DNA from: an uncultured delta proteobacterium
GTDB lineage: Bacteria > Myxococcota > Myxococcia > Myxococcales > Myxococcaceae
Direction: 5' to 3'
Assembly (NCBI GenBank): GCA_963713045.1
Contig: CAVQKE010000003.1
Span: 896,001-960,000 of the forward strand
DNA: 64,000 bases
Shown here: one piece after another, positions 38,006-46,664 of the stretch
How the letters are laid out: the number at the start of each line of letters is the position of its first letter
Position numbering within the stretch: position 1 is the stretch's first letter
Notes under the pieces: generated by a model
Databases searched by the model: none
Told to the model about the DNA's origin: nothing
Seen by the model: the letters and a program-made list of their open reading frames with translations, nothing else
Position numbers and translations under genes: made by a program

Positions 38006-38908
38006 ATGACACAGCTCCCCAGGCCAAGGCTGCTCGTCATCACCGGCAAGGGAGGCGTCGGAAAGAGCACCGTCTCCGCTGCCTTGGCCCTGGCGCTCGC
38101 ACGCTCGGGCGCGCGGACGCTGCTCTGCGAGGTGAACAGTGGCGGTCGTGCCACGGCCCTCTTGGGATATCCGCCCGCTGGACCCGAGGTGGCGCAGGTG
38201 GAAGGGGATTTGTGGAGCGTGGACGTACGGCCCGCGGAGGCGATGCGCGAATACGTGCTGACGAAAATTCGCTTCGAGCGGGTCTACCGAGCCGTCTTCG
38301 AAAATCCTTTGGTGCGCACCTTTCTTCGCTTCATCCCCTCGCTGGCCGAGACAGTGATGCTTGGCAAAGTGTGCTGGCACCTGCGAGAGACGGATGGAAA
38401 CCGCAAGCGCTGGGACGCGGTGGTCCTGGACGCGCCGGCGACCGGGCATGCCCTCACCTTTTTCGGCGTGCCCCAGGTGCTGTTGGACACCCTCCCCCCG
38501 GGGACAATGGCGGAGGAGGCGGGCTGGATGCGCGACATGCTCGTCGACCCGGCGGTCACCGGGGCGCTGGTGGTCACTCTGCCGGAGGAGCTGCCGGTCC
38601 TAGAATCTTTCGAATTGGCGGCCGGACTTCGCGCGCGTCACATCGCCCTGTCGGCGATGGTGGTCAACCAGGCAACCGAGCCGCGCTTCCTGCCGGAAGA
38701 GGTCCGCGCCCTGGGCAGCGTCCCTCGCCTTCAAGCTCTCGCCCGCTCGCACGCCGAGGAGGCTGAGCGGACCCGCGACGCTGTCGAGCGCCTAGGGACG
38801 CTGGGCGCTCCGGTGCTCCGACTACCTCGTCTGTACCAGGCGATGGACCCAGCAGCCCTGCAAGCCTTGGGTGTCACCCTGCTGGCTGGGCTCGAGGGGC
38901 ATCGGTGA
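38006..38908 (+). CDS. ArsA/Get3-family ATPase, subunit 1
   Basis: GKGGVGKST and DAPATGH; switch I reads CEVN rather than DP; single NBD. Confidence 0.85.
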   Translation: MTQLPRPRLLVITGKGGVGKSTVSAALALALARSGARTLLCEVNSGGRATALLGYPPAGPEVAQVEGDLWSVDVRPAEAMREYVLTKIRFERVYRAVFENPLVRTFLRFIPSLAETVMLGKVCWHLRETDGNRKRWDAVVLDAPATGHALTFFGVPQVLLDTLPPGTMAEEAGWMRDMLVDPAVTGALVVTLPEELPVLESFELAAGLRARHIALSAMVVNQATEPRFLPEEVRALGSVPRLQALARSHAEEAERTRDAVERLGTLGAPVLRLPRLYQAMDPAALQALGVTLLAGLEGHR

Positions 38909-40050
38909 AGCCGCTGCTCGAGGCGCTTCGCACGCGCGGTGTGATGGTCTGCGTTGGCCCAGGAGGTGTGGGCAAGACGACATTGTCTGCAGCTCTCGCG
39001 CTCCAGGGCGCAGCCCTCGGCCGCGCCTCCTTGGTTTGCACCATCGACCCGGCGCGCCGACTGGCGAACGCGCTCGGCCTATCTGAACTGGGCAACGTCG
39101 CGCGGCCAATCGACCAAGGCGAGTTGCAGGCAGCGGGCATCCAATTGGCCGCTCCAGTCGAAGCAATGATGCTGGACATGAAGCAGTCCTGGGACGAACT
39201 CATCGCCCGCTCGGCCACACCGGCCCAAAGGGACCGGATTTTGGCCAACCGGTTTTACCAGTCCCTTTCCAGCGCTCTTGCAGGAAGCCAGGAGTACATC
39301 GCCCTCGAAAAGCTCTGGGAGCTGCGTTCCTCAGGAAGCTACCAGCTGCTGGTGCTGGACACCCCGCCTACCGCTCATGCCCTCGACTTCCTCGACGCTC
39401 CGGCCCGGGTGCTCGACTTCCTCGGAACGGACACCGCACGCTGGCTCCTCAAACCCGCGCTCCAGGGAGCCAAGCTTGGCTTCCGTATTTTTGGAATCGG
39501 CGGAAACCTCATTAGCCGCACCCTGTCGCGCATCGTCGGCGCACAGACGCTCTCCGACCTGGCGGCTTTCCTCCTCGCCATGAGCTCCCTCAACGAAACG
39601 TTTCACGAGCGCGCCCGCGCGGTGCGGGCCCTGCTGACCAGCGAGGAAACGGTGTTGGTCCTGGTCACCGGACCGGCCGCCCAGCGCCGTGAAGAGGCCA
39701 TCCAGTTTCACCAATCCTTGCTTCAGCAGCGGCTGCACGTCGCCGCCGTGGTGGTCAATCAAGTGCACGGCGCCATTGGACCGGAGGAGATGGCCGCGGT
39801 GGCACGCTTTTCCGAGCCGTTACGCGGGAAGCTCGAGCTCACCATTTCCGAGGCCAATGCCCTGGCGGGCGCGGACGCCCAAGGCCTAACGGCGCTGGGT
39901 GCGGCGGTTGCCCCCACCCCGCTTCTGACCGTGCCGCGCTTCGCCGGTGACGTGCACGACTTGGGCGCACTCTGGCGGGCAGGGGCTTACCTCACCTCCG
40001 ACGCCGCCCCGGAGCCCCTCACTGCCGCTGGCCAAGCGCCAGGGGCCTAG
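38905..40050 (+). CDS. ArsA/Get3-family ATPase, subunit 2
   Basis: GPGGVGKTT, TIDPARRLANALG, DTPPTAHALDFL; 4-nt overlap with subunit 1. Confidence 0.87.
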   Translation: MKPLLEALRTRGVMVCVGPGGVGKTTLSAALALQGAALGRASLVCTIDPARRLANALGLSELGNVARPIDQGELQAAGIQLAAPVEAMMLDMKQSWDELIARSATPAQRDRILANRFYQSLSSALAGSQEYIALEKLWELRSSGSYQLLVLDTPPTAHALDFLDAPARVLDFLGTDTARWLLKPALQGAKLGFRIFGIGGNLISRTLSRIVGAQTLSDLAAFLLAMSSLNETFHERARAVRALLTSEETVLVLVTGPAAQRREEAIQFHQSLLQQRLHVAAVVVNQVHGAIGPEEMAAVARFSEPLRGKLELTISEANALAGADAQGLTALGAAVAPTPLLTVPRFAGDVHDLGALWRAGAYLTSDAAPEPLTAAGQAPGA

Positions 40051-40058
40051 CATCCAGG

Positions 40059-41300
40059 GTGCCCGGGTTGGCAAACTCCTCCCTTGCTAGGCCTCGTCCG
40101 GCCCGGCCTCGCGTGGCAACTCGTTCCCTCTCCAAGCGGCCCTGGGCCCTGCTCTTCCTCACCCTCGGCATGGCCGGCTGCGCCGGTGCGCCCGTGCGCC
40201 ACCCAGCCTCCGAGGAGATGGTCTCCATGCCTCCACTCGAGGTGCTGGGGGACACCACTCTGGCCCGCATGAATGACGAGGAACTTTTTGCCAACGGAGC
40301 GTCCGCCTATGGCAGCGGCGACTGGGCTCGGGCAGCGGCTTGCTTTGAGCGGCTGGTTCTCGCCTACCCGACGAGCCCCCACCTGTTGCTGGCTCAATAC
40401 AATGCGGGGCTGGCGCGCGAGCGGATGGGGGACTGGCAGGAAGCGAATGCCCACTTCGCCGCCATCAGCGACCCGGCTGGCAGCGGCGATGCCTTGGATG
40501 CCGCCTTCCACCTCGCCGAGACGCTGTACCACCTCGGCCGCTACGGGGAGGCGGCGGACTTGCTCGGCCAAATGGTTCGGCGTGAGGAACTGCCTCTGGG
40601 TCGCCGCCTGGAAGCCCAGGTGCAACAGGGAGTGTGCGAAGTTGAGGATGGCCGACTGGATGCGGGCGAGAAGACGCTTCGGCAAGCTCTCGCCGATTGG
40701 AGCAACGCCGAGGACCGCGACCGCCTCGACGACTACTTTCCGGGCCAGGCGCAGTTTTTTCTCGGGGAAATCTACCGCCTGCACTACGCCAGTGTGCACC
40801 TCAATCCAGAGCAGGGCGCCGACCAGCTGGCCAAGGACCTCGAATTCAAGGCGGAGTTGCTGCTCTCCGCGCAAGGCCACTACTTCCGCACCATCAAAGT
40901 TGGCAACGCGTACTGGGCGACGGCCGCCGGGACGCAGATTGGCGGCCTCTATCAGGACATGTACCAACAGATTTCGGAGTCTGCTGCTCCGAAGGAGCTG
41001 AAGGAGGAGGAGGTCCGCATCTACCGCCAGGAGCTCCGCAAGCGCGTGCGGGTCCTCCTGACCAAGGCCATTACCGTCTACGAGAGCACCCTCGCTGCCG
41101 CCGAACGGCTCGGCTCGAGCGGGCCATTCGTCGACCGGGCTCGGGAGGGGCTGGAACGAATGAAGCAGCTGCTGCTGGCCGATGCCGCCGAGGACGCACC
41201 CGCAGCTCCACCCCCTCCGGCCTCCCGAGGCGCCTCCGGGGAGCCTCGCCCGCTCAACCCCACGCCGGCGGCACGCGCCGCGTCCGGCGGCTCGGGCTGA
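40059..41300 (+). CDS. TPR-repeat lipoprotein
   Basis: Lipobox-like MAG-C and TPR helices (YNAGLA, FHLAETLY, FFLGEIY); start uncertain (possibly GTG 40113). Confidence 0.75.
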   Translation: MPGLANSSLARPRPARPRVATRSLSKRPWALLFLTLGMAGCAGAPVRHPASEEMVSMPPLEVLGDTTLARMNDEELFANGASAYGSGDWARAAACFERLVLAYPTSPHLLLAQYNAGLARERMGDWQEANAHFAAISDPAGSGDALDAAFHLAETLYHLGRYGEAADLLGQMVRREELPLGRRLEAQVQQGVCEVEDGRLDAGEKTLRQALADWSNAEDRDRLDDYFPGQAQFFLGEIYRLHYASVHLNPEQGADQLAKDLEFKAELLLSAQGHYFRTIKVGNAYWATAAGTQIGGLYQDMYQQISESAAPKELKEEEVRIYRQELRKRVRVLLTKAITVYESTLAAAERLGSSGPFVDRAREGLERMKQLLLADAAEDAPAAPPPPASRGASGEPRPLNPTPAARAASGGSG

Positions 41301-41381
41301 GTCTCACGCACGATGGCAGCCTTGAGTCGGCCCGCCCCAGCCCCGACGGCAGGGTGCACCAGTAGACTGCGATTGCAGCGG

Positions 41382-41816
41382 ATGCGTGCGTTCGGCCTCG
41401 ACGTGGGAACCAAAACGGTGGGCGTCGCCCTCTCGGACCCCCTGGGCATGACCGCCCAGACCCTCAGCACGCTGCGCCGCACCGGGCTCCGCTCGGACCT
41501 CGCCGCCCTCCGCCGACTCGCCGAGGACCACCAGGTCACCCGCGCGGTGGTCGGCCTGCCACTGAACATGGATGGCACCGAGGGCGCGTCCGCAGCGCGC
41601 TCCCGCGCCTTTGGGGAAGCCTTAGCAAAGGCGCTGGACATCCCGGTGGAGTACTGGGACGAGCGGCTGTCGACGGTGGCGGCCAACCGCGCACTGCGGG
41701 AATCAACTCTCTCGCATCAGCGGCGGAAGGCAGTGGTCGACCAGGTGGCCGCAGCGTTCATCCTGCAGGGCTGGTTGGACGCGCGGCGTCCCACACCGCT
41801 CGGAGACGACGAATGA
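41382..41816 (+). CDS. ruvX: YqgF/RuvX pre-16S rRNA nuclease / resolvase-like protein
   Basis: GLDVGTKTVGVALSD, VGLPLNMDG, WDERLST, VDQVAA. Confidence 0.95.
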   Translation: MRAFGLDVGTKTVGVALSDPLGMTAQTLSTLRRTGLRSDLAALRRLAEDHQVTRAVVGLPLNMDGTEGASAARSRAFGEALAKALDIPVEYWDERLSTVAANRALRESTLSHQRRKAVVDQVAAAFILQGWLDARRPTPLGDDE

Positions 41817-42901
41817 GGCGAGTCCTCGCCGGGCTGCTGCTTGTCTTCCTCGGCCTGGCAATCGGGGCCGGCGCCGTCTGGTGGTGGCGCGAGCGACAAC
41901 TCGATGCCTTTGCCGCAACCGCCTTCGGCACCCTCGAAGCGCGTGACATCACCATTCCGCCTGGAAGTAGCCCTCGGACCGTGGCCACGCTCTTGGGACG
42001 GGCAGGCATCGTCTCGGATGCGGAGCTCTTTTACCGCTTCCTCCGACGCCGCGAACTCGGCCCGAAGCTCCGCGCCGGCGAGTACGAATTCCAGGGCTTT
42101 GCCACTCCGGAGCAGGTGGCGGAGAAGCTCGTTTCGGGCCAACAGAAAACTTACCGGGTGACGCTTCCCGAAGGATTGCGCCTGGACGAAGCGCTGGACC
42201 TGCTCACTCGCTCGGAGCTGCATCTGGATGAGGGCAAGCTGCTGGCCCTGGCCGGTGACCCGGCCTGGGTGCGTCGGCAGGGGATTCCGGCAGACCGGTT
42301 GGAGGGGTTCCTCTTCCCGGACACCTACGTTTTCACCAAGCCCTACAGCGCCGAGACGGTGCTGGCTCGGCTGGTGGCGCGCGGTCTGGAGGAAGCCAAG
42401 AAGGCCCAGTCGATGCAGGAGCCAGGGGCGCAGTTGGACTTGCTGCGACTGGTAACACTCGCCTCCATCGTCGAGAAGGAAACGGGCGCGCCCGAGGAGC
42501 GACCGCACATCGCTTGCGTCTACCACAACCGCTTACACCGGGGCATGAAGCTTCAGGCGGACCCGACCGTCCTGTACGCGATGATGCTGCTGCGCGGGCA
42601 CTTCGTGAAGAACATCACTGCACAAGACTTGCTGACGCCTCACCCTTACAACACCTACACCGAGACCGGACTTCCGCCAGGCCCCATCGCCAACCCGGGA
42701 GCCGCGGCCCTGCGCGCCACCGCCGCGCCGATGGCATGTAAAGACCTCTACTTCGTCTCGCGTAACGATGGCACGAGCGTCTTCTGCCCGACCCTGGTGT
42801 GCCATAACGCCGCGGTGAAGACCTGGCAGCAGGACTACTGGACTGCAAAGCGGAGCGTGCCTCCTCCTCCGCTGACGCCCAAGACCAGGCACGGCGACTA
42901 G
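41813..42901 (+). CDS. mltG: Endolytic transglycosylase MltG
   Basis: LPEG, LEGFLFPDTY, LASIVEKE, LQADPT, YNTY, GLPPGPI. Confidence 0.95.
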   Translation: MRRVLAGLLLVFLGLAIGAGAVWWWRERQLDAFAATAFGTLEARDITIPPGSSPRTVATLLGRAGIVSDAELFYRFLRRRELGPKLRAGEYEFQGFATPEQVAEKLVSGQQKTYRVTLPEGLRLDEALDLLTRSELHLDEGKLLALAGDPAWVRRQGIPADRLEGFLFPDTYVFTKPYSAETVLARLVARGLEEAKKAQSMQEPGAQLDLLRLVTLASIVEKETGAPEERPHIACVYHNRLHRGMKLQADPTVLYAMMLLRGHFVKNITAQDLLTPHPYNTYTETGLPPGPIANPGAAALRATAAPMACKDLYFVSRNDGTSVFCPTLVCHNAAVKTWQQDYWTAKRSVPPPPLTPKTRHGD

Positions 42902-43046
42902 TGCCTCGGGAATTTGGCCAGAGAGAATTGGGACGCAGGTGCTTCTCGGTTCAGCGGGAGCGTCCGTCCGTCCGTAGAAATTCCCGACAGACTTCAGCTT
43001 TGCGGTCCGTTCCCGCCCCGCGCTTCGCTCTCGGTTAAGGCTTCCC

Positions 43047-44207
43047 TTGCACCTCCCGGTTCGCGAGAGTCATCACACTTCTGAGCCGGCCCGAGACCCT
43101 CCCGCGACCGAGGGCTCTTCCTTCATCCTGAAGCCTGGCGCGGGCTTTCGCTATTTCCCGGAACTGGACGGCTTCCGCGGAAGTGCGGTGCTTCTGGTGG
43201 TCATCGGCCATGCCTTATTTTTTCGGCTTCACATCGGCCAACCGACGGGTCAATTCGCCATTCTCGGCGTTCTGATGTTCTTCGTGCTGAGTGGCTTCCT
43301 CATCACCGGACTTCTCTGCTCCGAAGAGGCTCGACGAAATACAATTTCACTTAGACAATTTTACCTAAGACGCGTCTTTCGAATCCTGCCGGCATTCATT
43401 TTTTATATTTTGGTGGTGATTTTGTTGGCGCGCTTTGGGCTGGTGACCGACATCTCTTGGAAGACGATCGCCGTCGCGGTTTTGTTTTTGCGAAATTTCT
43501 ATGGATCTGGCCCGACGCTTGGACACCTTTGGTCGCTGAGCCTCGAAGAGCAATTTTACTTGGTGTGGCCGATCGTTTTCAAATTTCTCGGTCCACGCCG
43601 GCTGTTTGCTCCCACCTTGGGTATCATCCTCGGAGTCGTGCTCTACCGTGGAGTCGCGATTCTGATCGCGCCTTATGAATACGGGCGAGGCATCTTTGAG
43701 CTGCGAACCGATTTTAGAATTGACTCGATTTTGGTCGGATGTGCGCTGGCCATCTTCCTCAATCGCCGGAAGGGTGGCCCCCGCGAGCAATTTGCGCCAC
43801 GCGTCCGATGGGCAACGCACCCCTTGTGGGTGATCCCCGCTTTGGCCTGGTGGACCTGCTATGGCGATGCCGAGTCACTCAGAAGCATTTTCCTGACAGT
43901 GCAAACGGCCCTCGTTTGCTGCCTTCTTTTCAACGTCATCGCATTCCAAGGCAGCGTTCTGGGTCGAATTCTGCGCGCGCCCTGGCTTCGATTCACCGGA
44001 CTGATTTCTTATTCTCTTTACCTTTGGCAGCAACCGTTCTTGGTTGTCCTTCAGCCCAGTTGGGGCGTTCTCCGTAAATTGCCGCTTTGTCTTTTCGCCT
44101 GCGGCGCCGCTGCGCTCTTTTCCTACTACGTCATTGAGCGCCCCTTCCTTAGGATGAAGCGCAGGTTTTCGACAGCGAACTACAGCACCCGCCCAATCGG
44201 TGGCTGA
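43047..44207 (+). CDS. Acyltransferase-3 (OafA-like) membrane O-acyltransferase
   Basis: ELDGFRG, FFVLSGFLIT, RRVFRILP, HLWSLSLEEQFY, ISYSLYLW; start uncertain; visibly more T-rich than neighbours. Confidence 0.9.
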   Translation: MHLPVRESHHTSEPARDPPATEGSSFILKPGAGFRYFPELDGFRGSAVLLVVIGHALFFRLHIGQPTGQFAILGVLMFFVLSGFLITGLLCSEEARRNTISLRQFYLRRVFRILPAFIFYILVVILLARFGLVTDISWKTIAVAVLFLRNFYGSGPTLGHLWSLSLEEQFYLVWPIVFKFLGPRRLFAPTLGIILGVVLYRGVAILIAPYEYGRGIFELRTDFRIDSILVGCALAIFLNRRKGGPREQFAPRVRWATHPLWVIPALAWWTCYGDAESLRSIFLTVQTALVCCLLFNVIAFQGSVLGRILRAPWLRFTGLISYSLYLWQQPFLVVLQPSWGVLRKLPLCLFACGAAALFSYYVIERPFLRMKRRFSTANYSTRPIGG

Positions 44208-44245
44208 CTCCAGCAGGCGTCGGTGGAGGACAGGTTGGCAGAACT

Positions 44246-46642
44246 TTGGTCACAATGCCTCGCGCTGAGGCCAGCCCAGGACTGGGAGACGGAATGCGGA
44301 TTCTTGAGCGCCGCCGCGCCCTAGGCGTGGCCGGCGCGGCGTTCCTCGCGACGGCGGTCTTCTTTCACCGAGCGCTTGTTTCGGGCGAGGCATTCCTGGC
44401 GCGTGACATGTTGCTGGTCTATTGCCCACTGCGAGCGTACTGGGCGGAGCGGCTGTTGAGCGGTTCCTTCGCCGATTGGTATCCCTACGATGGCCTCGGG
44501 CAGCCATTTACCGGAATGCTCCTCTCCGCCGCCTTTCATCCACTCAACTTTCTCTACCTGGTGTTTCCGCTGACGACGGCGCTCAACCTCAATGTCCTCC
44601 TTTGCTTCCCGAGCGCTTTGGGCGGGATGTACGCACTCACCAGGCGGTTTGGAGTTGGCCTCTCGCCGGCCGCCCTGAGCGGGGTGGTCTTCGCCTTTTC
44701 CGGCCCGCTGGTCTCCAGCACCAACAATTTGTCCTACCTCATGGCAGCGGCCACGGTGCCATGGGCCCTCTGGGCGGCGGACCTTTTCCTTGAGCGTCCC
44801 TCCTGGGGAATGGCCAGCCTGGCCGGCGGCTTCGCAGCTCTGGTCTTGCTGGCGGGCGACGTTCAAGCGTTCGCCATCACCTTGCCCCTGCTGACCCTAC
44901 TCGCCTTCTGCCGCCGCGCGCGCCCGGTCCTCGCTGTCACGCTTCTCTTTTCGGCCCTCGCAGCAGCGATGGTGCAGCTCATTCCAGCCTGGCAGGTCGC
45001 GCAGGAGTCACGGCGCAGTCTACAAACCCTCGCCCAGGCCACCCTCTGGTCCACCCACCCGCTCCGCCTCTTGGAAGCCTGGGTCGGTCCTCTCTTTGCG
45101 CGTGACCCGGACGATTCGATGGGGAGACTCATCGCGCGGCGACTTCTCGACTCTGGACAACGTACGCTGTGGATGGACTCTCTCTACTTCGGTTTGCCCG
45201 CAATCTTGCTGGCACTGCTCGGCGCTTGGGTCTACCGGCGTTCCCGCACCGGCCGCACCGTGGCGGTCTGCACTGGCGTGTTTCTTTTGTTCGCGCTGGG
45301 AAAGCGCGGCGGCCTCTCAGCGCTTGCCTACCGCTTCATCCCTTTCTGGCACGTCTTTCGGTATCCAGAAAAGTGGATGACCTTCGTCGCGCTTGGGTTG
45401 GCGCTCGGCGCCGCGGCCGGCCTTCAAGCCGTGCTGTTTCGGCCCCCCGACCGCCGCCGGTTGGGGTACCTCCTGGCCGCTTCGGGGCTGCTCGCACTGG
45501 CCTTGGGCGTTGAGGAGGCATCGCTCAGGCTTTTCGGACAATGGATGGCCGACCGCATTGGAAGTCCAAGCCCAATTGCTGAGCTGGCGCCTTACCTCTC
45601 CGGCCAGCTCGCCCGGGGAGCGACCGTCAGTGGCCTTCTGGCAATGCTGCTGTCCGCAGCCTTCCTTTGGACGCAGCGCCCGAGACTCCTCGCGTGGTCC
45701 ACCATCGGCATCTGCTTCGTCGGCCTGCTCTTGCTCAATGAGCCACAGTACCAGCTGGCCTTCTCAGACGTCCTGGCACGTCCCAGTCCCTTTCTTGCGC
45801 GCATCCGCGGCACACCATGGCGCGTGCTTCAGCTGCCCGGCTCTCATCTGAATCCTGCCACCTCCGGACTCAGTGCGGTGGACCTCCACGCGCTGGGGGC
45901 GGTGCTGGAGCTCGAGCCGGTGACGCCTGCGCTGTTTGGCGTGGAAGGGGCGAATACCTACCTCCCGGCTGGCTCGGCGCGGGTCTTCGAACTCAGCGAC
46001 GACGAGCCGGCCTGGGTCCGCGACCGAGCCAGCCTCTTCTCCACTCGCTACCTCAGTCTGGCGCAGTCGGACGTCGCTCGAGTTGTCGTCTCTGGAAAGC
46101 GTTTGGTCGAGACTCTGCCCAGCTTCGGCTACGCGCTGGTTGAGGACACCGCGGCGCTTCCGCGAGCGTACGTGGCGAGTCCCATCTGTGTGGCAAGTGC
46201 GGCGGAATCGCTGGCCGCCGTCCAAGCGCATCAGCTCTCCGCTGGACACCAAGCGGTGGTCGAATGTAGTCGCCCGCTCCCAGCTTCGACTGGACAGAGC
46301 GGCGATGTCCTCGAGCTCGAGTCCGCACCCGAGCGGGTGGCACTTCGAGTGAAGGTGGCAGCTGCCGCGGTGGTGGTCTTGAACGACGCTTTCTATTCCG
46401 GCTGGCAAGCCACAGTCGACGGTGTGGAAGTTCCCATCCTGGCTGCGAACCATGCCGCGCGCGCTGTCGCGGTCCAACCTGGTGAGCACGAGGTCATCTT
46501 CCGCTACCGCACTCCCGGACTTTGGGTCGGTCTGTGCGTCACCCTGGCGTTCTTACTGGGAGGAGCTGCGAGGTCTGGCCTTGGCCGCGCGCTCAAGCGT
46601 CTGAGGACGCCGGTGTCCGCAACCGTTAAGGCCTGGGGCTAA
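44246..46642 (+). CDS. YfhO-family (GT-C-like) membrane protein
   Basis: RD...WYPYDGLGQP, many TM segments, FRYPEK, LPRAYV, YSGWQATVDG, GEHEVIFRY. Confidence 0.85.
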   Translation: MVTMPRAEASPGLGDGMRILERRRALGVAGAAFLATAVFFHRALVSGEAFLARDMLLVYCPLRAYWAERLLSGSFADWYPYDGLGQPFTGMLLSAAFHPLNFLYLVFPLTTALNLNVLLCFPSALGGMYALTRRFGVGLSPAALSGVVFAFSGPLVSSTNNLSYLMAAATVPWALWAADLFLERPSWGMASLAGGFAALVLLAGDVQAFAITLPLLTLLAFCRRARPVLAVTLLFSALAAAMVQLIPAWQVAQESRRSLQTLAQATLWSTHPLRLLEAWVGPLFARDPDDSMGRLIARRLLDSGQRTLWMDSLYFGLPAILLALLGAWVYRRSRTGRTVAVCTGVFLLFALGKRGGLSALAYRFIPFWHVFRYPEKWMTFVALGLALGAAAGLQAVLFRPPDRRRLGYLLAASGLLALALGVEEASLRLFGQWMADRIGSPSPIAELAPYLSGQLARGATVSGLLAMLLSAAFLWTQRPRLLAWSTIGICFVGLLLLNEPQYQLAFSDVLARPSPFLARIRGTPWRVLQLPGSHLNPATSGLSAVDLHALGAVLELEPVTPALFGVEGANTYLPAGSARVFELSDDEPAWVRDRASLFSTRYLSLAQSDVARVVVSGKRLVETLPSFGYALVEDTAALPRAYVASPICVASAAESLAAVQAHQLSAGHQAVVECSRPLPASTGQSGDVLELESAPERVALRVKVAAAAVVVLNDAFYSGWQATVDGVEVPILAANHAARAVAVQPGEHEVIFRYRTPGLWVGLCVTLAFLLGGAARSGLGRALKRLRTPVSATVKAWG

Positions 46643-46664
46643 GCGTTCACTCCAGGCTCCGGCG

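Noticed and set aside
38006..40050. Arsenic-resistance ArsA pump
   Set aside because: Single-domain subunits with no arsB, acr3, arsC, arsD or arsR nearby; the motif pattern fits the Get3-like pair.
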